This document shows positions 1 to 8,278 of a DNA stretch of 64,000 nt, in pieces. The stretch spans positions 46,881 to 110,880 of the forward strand of contig JAPLRU010000090.1 of assembly GCA_026399025.1 (NCBI GenBank), in the 5' to 3' direction. Position 1 is the stretch's first letter, and each line of letters begins with the position of its first letter. The notes below the pieces were generated by a model. The model did no database searches and had not been told where the DNA came from. It worked only from the letters and a program-made list of their open reading frames with translations. Source of the stretch: Methylobacter sp. GTDB lineage: Bacteria > Pseudomonadota > Gammaproteobacteria > Methylococcales > Methylomonadaceae. The position numbers and the translations under genes are program-made.

Positions 1-1
1 G

Positions 2-1096
2 TTCACCTCGGTGGGGCCGTTGCTGAGCAAGATCGGCAACGGCGGCAAAGGTATTGCCTGGAACACCGAAGCCGAAGTCAAACAACTGGGCGAGTTGAAC
101 CGGCTGGTGACCGATGAAGGCATCAGCAAAGGCTTGCCGCGCATCGAAACCGATATTGACGCAACCGAAGTTATCTTGATGCTGGCGCCTGAAACCAATG
201 GTCATGTCGCGGTTAAAGCCTGGGCGGCGCTGAGCAAAATCACCGGGCGGGATCACACCCATCTGGCATTGCCGCGCGAAGACGATAAAATCCGCTTCCG
301 CGATGTCCAGGCGCAGCCGCGCAAGATTATTTCGTCGCCGACCTGGAGCGGCCTGGAATCCGAGCAAGTCTGTTACAACGCCTGTTACACCAATGTCCAC
401 GAGCGCATTCCCTGGCGCACCTTGACCGGTCGCCAGCAGTTTTACCAGGATCATAGTTGGATGCGGGCATTCGGCGAGACTTTGTGCGTGTACAAACCGC
501 CGGTCGATACCCGTTCTATTGCGCCGATTTTGGGGCAAAAGCCCAACGGCAATGACGAACTGGTATTGAATTTCATCACCCCGCACCAGAAATGGGGCAT
601 ACACAGCACCTATACCGATAATTTGTTGATGCTGACTTTGTCGCGCGGCGGGCCGATTGTATGGATGGGCGAAATCGATGCGGCGAAAGTCGGCATTAAA
701 GATAACGACTGGATCGAAGCGTACAACGTTAACGGTGCGCTGGTCGCTCGGGCGGTGGTCAGTCAGCGCGTCCCGGAAGGCATGTGCATGATGTATCACG
801 CCCAGGAAAAGACCGTCAACGTGCCGGGTTCGGAAACCACCGGCGGCCGCGGCGGTATCCATAATTCAGTGACTCGGGCGACGCTTAAACCGACGCATAT
901 GATCGGCGGTTACGCCCAGCTCAGTTACGGCTTTAATTATTACGGCACGGTCGGTTCCAATCGCGATGAATTTGTGATTATCCGCAAAATGAGCAAAGTG
1001 GATTGGCTGGATGAACAAATCCCCCCTTTTTCAAAGGGGGGTGACGAAGTTGGTGGTATTTCAACTGAGCAAGCCGCATCGGGAGACGAACAATGA
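2..1096 (+). CDS. narG: Respiratory nitrate reductase alpha subunit NarG, C-terminal fragment (5' end lies outside the window)
   Basis: Open frame runs from the window edge. The translation has NarG C-terminal blocks (HSTYTDNLLMLTLSRGGPIVWM, MCMMYHAQEK, KVDWLDE). Its stop overlaps the narH ATG (ATGA at 1093-1096). narHJI follow directly. Confidence 0.9.
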   Translation, partial: FTSVGPLLSKIGNGGKGIAWNTEAEVKQLGELNRLVTDEGISKGLPRIETDIDATEVILMLAPETNGHVAVKAWAALSKITGRDHTHLALPREDDKIRFRDVQAQPRKIISSPTWSGLESEQVCYNACYTNVHERIPWRTLTGRQQFYQDHSWMRAFGETLCVYKPPVDTRSIAPILGQKPNGNDELVLNFITPHQKWGIHSTYTDNLLMLTLSRGGPIVWMGEIDAAKVGIKDNDWIEAYNVNGALVARAVVSQRVPEGMCMMYHAQEKTVNVPGSETTGGRGGIHNSVTRATLKPTHMIGGYAQLSYGFNYYGTVGSNRDEFVIIRKMSKVDWLDEQIPPFSKGGDEVGGISTEQAASGDEQ

Positions 1097-2727
1097 CTAA
1101 TTTGTCTGGAACAAATTTGGACCGCGAAGCGGGTTCCGAAGGAACGCGATCCAGGAAAGGATCGCGCAATATTCGCGCACAAATAGGCATGGTGTTGAAC
1201 CTGGACAAGTGTATCGGCTGTCACACTTGCTCTGTTACCTGCAAAAACGTCTGGACCTCGCGTAAAGGGGTTGAGTATGCCTGGTTTAATAATGTCGAAA
1301 CCAAGCCGGGCGTAGGTTTTCCGCAACAATGGGAAAATCAGGATAAATGGAACGGCGGCTGGATACGCAAAGAAGACGGCACTTTGGAGTTACGCCAAGG
1401 CGGCAAGCTCAAAAGTTTAAGGAATATTTTCGGCAACCCCGATTTACCGGAAATCGACGATTATTACGAACCGTTCGATTTTGATTATCAGCATTTACAT
1501 ACCGCCAAAGAATCCAAAACACCGCCGACTGCGCGCCCGTATTCGGTGATTACCGGCGAGCGCATGGAGAAAATCGAAGGCGGCCCGAACTGGGAGGAAA
1601 TTCTGGGTACCGAATTTTCATCGCGTTCGCGCGACACCAACTTCGACAATATCCAAAAAGATATGTACGGTGAATTTGAAAACACTTTCATGATGTATTT
1701 GCCGCGCTTATGTGAACACTGTCTTAACCCGAGTTGCGTTGCGGCTTGCCCCAGCGGCTCGATTTATAAGCGGGAAGAAGACGGTATTGTGCTGATCGAC
1801 CAGGACAAATGCCGCGGCTGGCGGATGTGCGTTTCCGCCTGTCCGTACAAAAAAATTTACTACAACTGGGAAAGCGGAAAATCGGAAAAATGCACGTTCT
1901 GTTATCCGCGCATCGAAGCCGGGGAGCCGACAGTGTGTTCGGAAACCTGCGTTGGACGGATTCGTTATTTAGGCGTGTTGCTGTATGACGCCGACCTTAT
2001 CGAACAGGCCGCAAGCTGCGAGAACGAACAGGATTTGTATCAACAGCAGCTGGATGTTTTCCTCGATCCTTTCGATGAGGAGGTGATAGCGGAAGCGCGA
2101 GCTGCCGGTATTCCCGAATCCTGGCTGACAGCGGCACAGGAATCGCCGGTTTATAAAATGGCGATAGACTGGAAAGTGGCGTTTCCGCTGCATCCTGAAT
2201 TTCGCACGCTGCCGATGGTTTGGTATGTGCCGCCGTTATCGCCGATTCAATCGGCGGCGGAAAACGACCAAATCGGTATGGATGGCGACATTCCGGACGT
2301 GCGTTCGTTGCGTATTCCGGTGCAGTATTTGGCTAACTTATTGACAGCGGGTAAGGAAGAACCGGTCGTGTCGGCTTTGGAGCGGATGTTGGCGATGCGC
2401 GCTTTTATGCGCGGTCTTAGCGTGGATGGCACGGTCAATACCGATGTTTTGGCGCGCGTCGGTTTGACTCAATTGCAGGTTGAAGAAATGTATCGCTACA
2501 TGGCGATTGCCAATTACGAGGACCGTTTCGTGATTCCAAGCAGTCATCGCGAATATGCCGGTTCAACGTTCGACGCTTACGGCGAGCAAGGCGGCTGCGG
2601 ATTTAGTTTCGGTAGCGGCTGTTCGACAGGCAATAATGATACCAATCTGTTCGGCGGTAACAAGAGGTCGCAACGTAGCGGCGGCATTCCGATCAATATT
2701 CCTATTAAAGTCGAACCGGTAAGATGA
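1093..2727 (+). CDS. narH: Respiratory nitrate reductase beta subunit NarH (Fe-S subunit)
   Basis: GMVLNLDKCIGCHTCSVTCKNVWTSRKGVEYAWFNNVETKPG and further Cys clusters (CEHCLNPSCVAACPSG, CRGWRMCVSACPYKK, CTFCYPRIE) match the NarH four-cluster pattern as I recall it from E. coli NarH. About 30 aa of N-terminal extension if the ATG at 1093 is used. Confidence 0.93.
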   Translation: MTNLSGTNLDREAGSEGTRSRKGSRNIRAQIGMVLNLDKCIGCHTCSVTCKNVWTSRKGVEYAWFNNVETKPGVGFPQQWENQDKWNGGWIRKEDGTLELRQGGKLKSLRNIFGNPDLPEIDDYYEPFDFDYQHLHTAKESKTPPTARPYSVITGERMEKIEGGPNWEEILGTEFSSRSRDTNFDNIQKDMYGEFENTFMMYLPRLCEHCLNPSCVAACPSGSIYKREEDGIVLIDQDKCRGWRMCVSACPYKKIYYNWESGKSEKCTFCYPRIEAGEPTVCSETCVGRIRYLGVLLYDADLIEQAASCENEQDLYQQQLDVFLDPFDEEVIAEARAAGIPESWLTAAQESPVYKMAIDWKVAFPLHPEFRTLPMVWYVPPLSPIQSAAENDQIGMDGDIPDVRSLRIPVQYLANLLTAGKEEPVVSALERMLAMRAFMRGLSVDGTVNTDVLARVGLTQLQVEEMYRYMAIANYEDRFVIPSSHREYAGSTFDAYGEQGGCGFSFGSGCSTGNNDTNLFGGNKRSQRSGGIPINIPIKVEPVR

Positions 2728-2731
2728 TCTC

Positions 2732-2830
2732 GTTCCCACGCTCCGGCGTGGGAATGCAGTCAGAGCCGCTCCGGCGGCTCGGGACGCAGAGCGTCCACCA
2801 CGGCGTTCCCACGGAGACCGTGGGAACGAT
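2732..2830. repeat. REP-like palindromic units (GTTCCCACGCTCCGGCGTGGGAA type), two or three units
   Basis: Self-complementary units gttcccacgctccggcgtgggaa (2732-2754) and gttcccacggagaccgtgggaac (~2805-2827). The same unit recurs at ~26984, 27165, 33911, 45535, 45609 and 45667. Confidence 0.7.
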
Positions 2831-2839
2831 AAAAGACAA

Positions 2840-2904
2840 TTCACCACGAAGACACGAAGATCACGAAGTTTTATTTCTTCGTGATCTTCGTGTCTTCGTG
2901 GTGA
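2840..2904. repeat. Long perfect hairpin repeat (TTCACCACGAAGACACGAAG family), 29-bp stem
   Basis: ttcaccacgaagacacgaagatcacgaag / ttttatt / cttcgtgatcttcgtgtcttcgtggtga. Family members also at 27039-27130, 51036-51151 and 63593-63730. Confidence 0.8.
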
Positions 2905-2934
2905 GCTAATCAATCTGTTTAGATTATAAATATT

Positions 2935-3639
2935 ATGCAAACCCTAAAAGTTCTATCGCTACTGCTAGGCTATCCCGAAGCCGAGATGCTTGAAGCATTA
3001 GATGAAATGGCCGCTGTCGTCGAACGGGAAAACCTGTTGCCGGACGACCATAAAAAAGCCGTGCTGGCGCTGATCGATTCCTATCGCGGTGCAGACTTGC
3101 TGGATAGCCAAGAGCGTTATGTCGCGTTATTCGACCGTGGGAGGTTTTTGTCCTTGCACATTTTCGAGCATGTCCACGGCGAATCCCGCGACCGTGGTCA
3201 AGCGATGGTTAACCTGCTGCAAATGTACGAAGCGCACGGCTTTGAAATGTCCACCCATGAGTTACCGGATTACATCCCGCTATTTCTGGAATTTCTGTCG
3301 CAGCAAGAGCAAGCCGAAGCGGTGCAGCTACTGCATGATGCGATGCCGGTGTTAAGTTTGCTGGGCGCGCGCTTAAGCGAACGCGGCAGTGAATTTAGCG
3401 CGGTGTTCGACGCACTGGCAGGTTTTGCAGGCGATCCCGAAGCGCTTGATGAAATCCGCCAACAAGCCGCCGCCGAAGGCGAGGATGAAACTTTGTCTAA
3501 CATGGATCAAATCTGGGAAGAAGAAGCCGTCAGTTTTATGGGGGCGGTAGACACCTGCAAAAGCCAAGCAGATGCTGTCAGCCCCATCACTATCATGCCA
3601 CGCGATCAATTCATCACATCGCAACATCGTTCTGTTTAG
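2935..3639 (+). CDS. narJ: Nitrate reductase molybdenum cofactor assembly chaperone NarJ
   Basis: Positioned between narH and narI. 234 aa with the NarJ-like motif QERYVALFDRGR..SLHIFEHVHGESRDRGQAMV. Confidence 0.85.
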   Translation: MQTLKVLSLLLGYPEAEMLEALDEMAAVVERENLLPDDHKKAVLALIDSYRGADLLDSQERYVALFDRGRFLSLHIFEHVHGESRDRGQAMVNLLQMYEAHGFEMSTHELPDYIPLFLEFLSQQEQAEAVQLLHDAMPVLSLLGARLSERGSEFSAVFDALAGFAGDPEALDEIRQQAAAEGEDETLSNMDQIWEEEAVSFMGAVDTCKSQADAVSPITIMPRDQFITSQHRSV

Positions 3640-3651
3640 AAGGAGTCCATC

Positions 3652-4329
3652 GTGGATTATCTCAATACCTTATTGTTCGGTTATTACCCTTATATCGCTA
3701 TCAGCGTATTCTTCATCGGCAGCTTGGCGCGTTACGACCGCGATCAATACACTTGGCGCACCGGTTCCAGCCAATTTCTGCGCGCTAAAGAATTAAGGCT
3801 GGGCAGCAATTTATTTCATATCGGCATCTTGCTGCTGTTTGTCGGCCATTTTGTCGGTCTGTTGACGCCGCCTGCGGTTTATCATGCGCTGGGCTTGTCG
3901 ACCTCGGCCAAACAAATTCTGGCCGTTATTGCGGGCGGTGTTTTCGGCGGCGTTTGTTTAAAAGGCATCATCATTTTGATACGCCGTCGCCTGACCGATG
4001 CCCGGATTCGCGCTACCAGCAGCCGCATGGATATTTTCATTCTGCTGCTGATCGGCGTACAGCTGGCGCTGGGCCTGCTGACTTTGCCGATTTCGCTTTA
4101 TCATTATGACGGCGCCAATATGTTGCTGTTGGCGGAATGGGCGCAACGCATTGTGACTTTTCAAAGCGGTGCGGCCGATCAAGTCAGCGAGATCGGTTTC
4201 ATTTTTAAGTTACATTTATTTTTAGGCCAAACTTTGTTTTTGGTTTTTCCGTTTAGTCGTTTGGTGCATGTGTGGAGCGTTCCGCTGGGCTATGTCACGC
4301 GCCCTTATCAAGTTGTGCGTAGGCGTTAA
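3652..4329 (+). CDS. narI: Respiratory nitrate reductase gamma subunit NarI (dihaem cytochrome b)
   Basis: GTG start 6 nt after AAGGAG. 225 aa, multi-TM, with N-terminus LLFGYYPYIAISVFFIGSLARYDRDQYTW and His residues in the TM helices, typical of NarI. Last gene of narGHJI. Confidence 0.88.
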   Translation: MDYLNTLLFGYYPYIAISVFFIGSLARYDRDQYTWRTGSSQFLRAKELRLGSNLFHIGILLLFVGHFVGLLTPPAVYHALGLSTSAKQILAVIAGGVFGGVCLKGIIILIRRRLTDARIRATSSRMDIFILLLIGVQLALGLLTLPISLYHYDGANMLLLAEWAQRIVTFQSGAADQVSEIGFIFKLHLFLGQTLFLVFPFSRLVHVWSVPLGYVTRPYQVVRRR

Positions 4330-4468
4330 GACGCGATGAATCCATTACTGAAAAACGTCCCAGCTATCGTTATCGCTCCGGGTTTTGCTATGATGATTGA
4401 ATTAACTTTGGCCCGCCGCCTTTGATTAAGAGCGCGTCGGCTGAATTATCGGGTATTCATGATGCAGC

Positions 4469-5725
4469 TTGATCGATAGTTTGCATTGCGAAAAGATAGC
4501 GTGGGATAACTTTTTACGTAACGTTTTTATGACATTAGCCAAATCTTCTATACCTCCTTCATCCGAATGGGATGAAGCGACTTATCTGAGTGAGAATCCG
4601 GATGTTGCTTTAGCGGTTGACGCTGGAACAATGAGTTCAGGATACATCCATTACTGCAATCACGGGCGCTTGGAAGGGCGGCGCGGCGCGTTTCTTTCGA
4701 CTGCCAACAACACAACATTACGGCTTACGCGACATTGCCTTGATCCATGGATCAACTTTGAAGTCAGCGCGAAAGGGGAAGTGCGCCCCTGTTGCATTTC
4801 ATCCGGCATGGGGCAGTTGGAGGATATAGAGAAACAGCGTCATGCCGCAGCCTTTCGTGATTTGCGCCGGTCTCTTCTGAGTGGTGAGTTGCCGGATATG
4901 TGTCAGCGTTGTCATATTCGCTCAATGACAGCCGTGGAAAATCTGGAATTGTCGGTTAAATCTTTATTTCCGCCCGAACAGGCCGATTTACTTTGCCCCG
5001 GAGCGCTTGCCGAGCTTCGGGTTGATATTAACGAACAATGCAACCTTCGCTGTACCTACTGCGCGGTAAGCCAACCGGGTTATCAGGGCATACCGATGTC
5101 TGAAACGATCTTACAAAAAATCATCGAATCTTTACCTAAACAAGTTGATAAGCTGCAAATCAATTTAAACGGTCATGGCGAAACCACCTATCACCCGTCT
5201 TGGGTAAGTTTTGCTAAGCGAATTCAAGAGCTTGGTGCGATGGCAACTATTTTGTCGAATTTTGCCAAGCCTTTTAACGACGAAGAAATCGATATATTCG
5301 CACGGATGAGGGTTATTCAGATCAGCCTGGACACAGTGGATGAGGATTTACTGCGCGACATCAGGCGTAAAGTTTCGTTAGGCACTATTTTGCGTAATAT
5401 TCATAAAATTCGCATTCAAGCCTTCAAGCGCGGACTTAACCCGCTATGGTCCATCAGCTGCGGTATTTACGATAAGAATATTTCAGGACTGGATGACATT
5501 GCTGTTTTTGCGATAACGGAAGGATTCAAATCCATTACTTTTTGGAATCTGGTTGAATATCCTGCGATCTCTGAAGATGCGGTTACGGCCCGCTCTTTGT
5601 CTTCTTTGCCTAAACATGAACGTGAGCATGCAGCTAAGAAAATTGGCGAAGTTTTGGCGCTGCTTAAAAAACATCATGTATTTGTCGAGATACCCACGGA
5701 CTTAACCGGCGGACTATCCGTTTAA
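4469..5725 (+). CDS. Radical SAM protein with an N-terminal SPASM/twitch-like Cys motif. Start uncertain: TTG at 4469 or ATG at 4529.
   Basis: CNLRCTYC (CxxxCxxC radical SAM cluster motif) lies mid-protein. Upstream is CLDPWINFEVSAKGEVRPCC...CQRCH, which resembles the C-terminal SPASM signature. The N-terminus has a YLSENPDVALAV...HYCNHGRLEGR motif. Confidence 0.75.
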   Translation: MIDSLHCEKIAWDNFLRNVFMTLAKSSIPPSSEWDEATYLSENPDVALAVDAGTMSSGYIHYCNHGRLEGRRGAFLSTANNTTLRLTRHCLDPWINFEVSAKGEVRPCCISSGMGQLEDIEKQRHAAAFRDLRRSLLSGELPDMCQRCHIRSMTAVENLELSVKSLFPPEQADLLCPGALAELRVDINEQCNLRCTYCAVSQPGYQGIPMSETILQKIIESLPKQVDKLQINLNGHGETTYHPSWVSFAKRIQELGAMATILSNFAKPFNDEEIDIFARMRVIQISLDTVDEDLLRDIRRKVSLGTILRNIHKIRIQAFKRGLNPLWSISCGIYDKNISGLDDIAVFAITEGFKSITFWNLVEYPAISEDAVTARSLSSLPKHEREHAAKKIGEVLALLKKHHVFVEIPTDLTGGLSV

Positions 5726-5732
5726 GTGAACG

Positions 5733-5814
5733 GCCGTAGGCTGCGGTGAGGAACGAACCGCACCGTTCGCGTCGCCCTCGATTGATGCGGTTCACTGCGT
5801 TCACCACATCCTAC
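5733..5814. repeat. Small dispersed repeat (GGTGCGGTTCGTTCCTCACCGCAGCC family), two inverted units
   Basis: ccgtaggctgcggtgaggaacgaaccgcacc and gatgcggttcactgcgttcaccacatcctac. Related copies at 26938-26972 and 58969-58996. Confidence 0.6.
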
Positions 5815-5849
5815 ATTATTGCCTTGTATAGTGTTTTTTGCGAGCTGCC

Positions 5850-6065
5850 TTATTCGGCTTTCAGGCGGCGTTTATAGCGGTAAAAGGCCCGTGTTCTTAA
5901 AGAATGCAAGCGCATCATATAATCCGAGGGTTTTGGCATCGTATAACTTACGATTCTAATGTCGTCGTAAAGTTTAAAGGCTTGTTTGGTTAATTCTCTG
6001 GGTGTCATAACATCAATTTCTCCGTTTTCATAAACCATTGTTGAAGGCGTATTTGTGGAAGGCAA
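5850..6065 (-). CDS. Hypothetical small protein (62-71 aa)
   Basis: ORF only. No recognisable motif, no clear RBS. Confidence 0.25.
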   Translation of the reverse strand: MPSTNTPSTMVYENGEIDVMTPRELTKQAFKLYDDIRIVSYTMPKPSDYMMRLHSLRTRAFYRYKRRLKAE

Positions 6066-6326
6066 TACACTAAGTTAAATGGCTGGATTTAGGTATATCG
6101 CAAAATGCTTAGAACACGGAAAGAGGTCACGGCATCGTTAACCTTGACTTGCTTGAGTGGTTGATGGGGTTGTTAATGGCTGACGGCTTGGTGTTCAATG
6201 CTTTTGCGTTAACGGCTCGGCTGCTAAAGCGGTCGTCGGCTGAACGGAGCCGAAGCCAAACCGTGTTCGATTCGCTTAGCGAGACAAGCACGGGCATTGG
6301 CTTCAGACCCACTGAAGCTTTTTGTT

Positions 6327-7241
6327 TCATTCGGAAAATTTTATCAAGATGTTAACGCGCCGATTCTTCTCGCGTCCGGCCGGGGTCGAGTTATCGGCAA
6401 TCGGCATGGTGTCGGCGTAAGTGGTGGCCCGCAAATGGCGGCTGTCCAGTTGTTGCGAGACCAAATAATGTAAAACGCTGGTGGCTCTGGAGGCGCCCAA
6501 TTCCCAGTTAGACGGAAACTGGGCGGATTTAATAGGGAGGTTATCGGTATGGCCTTCAATCAAAATCAAGCCGACAGCTTGTTTCAATACCGGGACAAGG
6601 CGCTTTATCAAGGCTTCTCCCGAAGCGGTTAGAGCGGCCTCCGACGATTTAAACAGCACCTTGTCCTGAATCTCAAGCTGCGCATAACCTTGGGTTACTT
6701 TTATATGAACGGCTTTGTTAAGGCCGAACTCGTCGATTGCCTTGGTTAATTGCTGTTGCAATTTGTCTTCTTCGTCCGAGTGGCCGTTTGCTTGCAAAGG
6801 CGCGGTGGGTTGGGGCGGGTTGGGGTTTGCAGTTGCGATTTCAGGTGTTTGCGCGGGCGCCGGGGTAATGCTGTCGCTGTCTTTGGCTGCGGCTTTAAGG
6901 TCGGCGTTATCGGCTTTGATCTCGGCTGCATTTTCAGGGAGGGCGATAGCTTGAAGGGGTTTATTTTCAACGGCAACCAGAGGCGGGCAATTTACGATGA
7001 CCGGCGTAGCCGCGGGAGGACATGTGACGGCCGGCGCCTTTTTAGGCTTGACCGCTTGCGGTTTTATAGTCGTTACTTTTATGTCGCCTAAAGTAATCAA
7101 GGTGATGACCAGCATGACGATCAATACAAAGACATCGAGGTAAGTTAACAGCCATTTTTTTGAGTCGTGTGTATTCGGTTGGTCCAGTAAATCCTCTAAA
7201 GACAGCGAGGACTGTAGTTTGGAAAAGGGGTCTTTACTCAT
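6327..7241 (-). CDS. MotB/OmpA-like stator or peptidoglycan-anchoring protein with a long Pro/Ala-rich linker
   Basis: N-terminal TM segment carrying the conserved Asp (WLLTYLDVFVLIV). C-terminal OmpA-like domain (LILIEGHTDNLPIKSAQFPSNWELGASRATSVLHYL...RRVNILI). Lies immediately downstream of a MotA-like gene. Confidence 0.8.
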   Translation of the reverse strand: MSKDPFSKLQSSLSLEDLLDQPNTHDSKKWLLTYLDVFVLIVMLVITLITLGDIKVTTIKPQAVKPKKAPAVTCPPAATPVIVNCPPLVAVENKPLQAIALPENAAEIKADNADLKAAAKDSDSITPAPAQTPEIATANPNPPQPTAPLQANGHSDEEDKLQQQLTKAIDEFGLNKAVHIKVTQGYAQLEIQDKVLFKSSEAALTASGEALIKRLVPVLKQAVGLILIEGHTDNLPIKSAQFPSNWELGASRATSVLHYLVSQQLDSRHLRATTYADTMPIADNSTPAGREKNRRVNILIKFSE

Positions 7242-7278
7242 GGCAGTCGCTGATCGGTTTGTTGGGCGGCGGGGATTT

Positions 7279-8091
7279 TTAATCTTTTAGCTCGTTGTCA
7301 TAATGCATGATGAATGACTTCAGGGTTTCACGCACAAACGACGGACTGCGACGGTCCGCAATCAGGGTAATGCCTTCCATGACCATGCTCATGATCATAA
7401 TGCGCTGTTCAGTGCGCCGCTCCAGTTTTATCGCAATCGGGTTAAAGACAAGGTTAGCCATGATCAAGCCGTAAAAGGTGGTAACCAGGGCGGTGCCCAT
7501 GTTGTAGCTGATGCCGCCGATGTCTTTAAGCTCGATGATTTGCAGCATGTTGGTCATCGATATCAGGGTGCCGAGCATACCGAACGCGGGAGAATAAGAG
7601 GCCAGCGTATAGAATATATTGGCTTCGGCTCTTTCTTTGGCTCTCAGACGGGCAATGCGCCATTTTAGCAACGACAGAATATCTTCCACCGGCGTATTGT
7701 CTACGACCAGTTGGAAGCCTGTTTTTAAGTAGGGGTTATTGATGTTGTCGATGGTGTTTTCTATGGACAGTTTATCCTTGTTAAACCACATTTGCGCCAC
7801 TCGGGTAATTTCGTTGGCTTCTCGTTGGGGATTGAGGCTTTCGTAAAAGAAAATAAGTTTCAGCGATTTCAAGCCGTGTTTAATGTCTCTTAACGGATAG
7901 CTTAAAAAAATAGCGGCTGTGGTGCCGCCAATCACAATCACCAGCCCCGGCAAGTTGATAAAAGAAAGCGGATCGTTCGCGGCAAATAAAACAATAAAAA
8001 CGAATAACAGGATGCTGAGAAAAATGCCTAAAGCGGTTGAATAGTTAACTTTTTTTAGAAAGGTATTGAGCGATGGCCGTTTGAACTTCAT
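7279..8091 (-). CDS. MotA/PomA-family proton or sodium channel protein (MotA/TolQ/ExbB superfamily)
   Basis: 270 aa with 4 TM segments. C-terminal SPAFGMLGTLISMTNML...TALVTTFYGLIMANLVFNPIA matches the MotA/ExbB channel core. Confidence 0.8.
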   Translation of the reverse strand: MKFKRPSLNTFLKKVNYSTALGIFLSILLFVFIVLFAANDPLSFINLPGLVIVIGGTTAAIFLSYPLRDIKHGLKSLKLIFFYESLNPQREANEITRVAQMWFNKDKLSIENTIDNINNPYLKTGFQLVVDNTPVEDILSLLKWRIARLRAKERAEANIFYTLASYSPAFGMLGTLISMTNMLQIIELKDIGGISYNMGTALVTTFYGLIMANLVFNPIAIKLERRTEQRIMIMSMVMEGITLIADRRSPSFVRETLKSFIMHYDNELKD

Positions 8092-8278
8092 TGACGTTGA
8101 CTATGTGGGGGTGGGTAACTTTCTGGGTGAGCTGGTGCAGGGGATATCATACGCTGGAGATGAGTAAGATTGCATATTATTGATGATTGAAAGCGACCGG
8201 GAAAGTGATCGAAAGTGTGCTTGCAATCATTTTCCCGGTTGGCTTGGTAACAGTTTAGCGATGGCGGTGAAGACTCGC

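Noticed and set aside
1021-1041. Perfect 9-bp G/C hairpin CCCCCCTTT-TTC-AAAGGGGGG near the 3' end of narG, considered as an attenuator or terminator before narH
   Set aside because: It lies in-frame inside the narG tail (IPPFSKGG), has no downstream T run, and the narG stop overlaps the narH start. It is most simply a chance or small palindromic insertion in a variable C-terminal tail.
2724-2909. Track ORFs lying on repeat elements (2724-2909, 2563-2940, 26944-27129, 45398-45703, 45550-45903, 50870-51124, 63659-63847, 63688-63888), giving 'SPRRHEDHE', 'PRSGVGM' or 'HAGAWER'-type peptides
   Set aside because: They are translations of palindromic REP/hairpin DNA. The same peptide motifs appear on both strands and wherever the repeat occurs. 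No RBS, and no coding context.
6066-6355. Overlapping opposite-strand ORFs 6127-6330 (-) and 6149-6355 (+) in a 260-nt gap downstream of the motB-like gene
   Set aside because: Neither has an RBS, a motif or convincing composition, and each excludes the other. The region is left unannotated; it may be a 3' UTR or a decayed remnant.
6327-8091. MotA/MotB-like pair considered as a Zorya-type (ZorAB) anti-phage system
   Set aside because: ZorA proteins are much longer, with an extended C-terminal tail, and are accompanied by ZorC/D or ZorE genes. Here MotA is a standard 270 aa and the neighbours are ion transporters.
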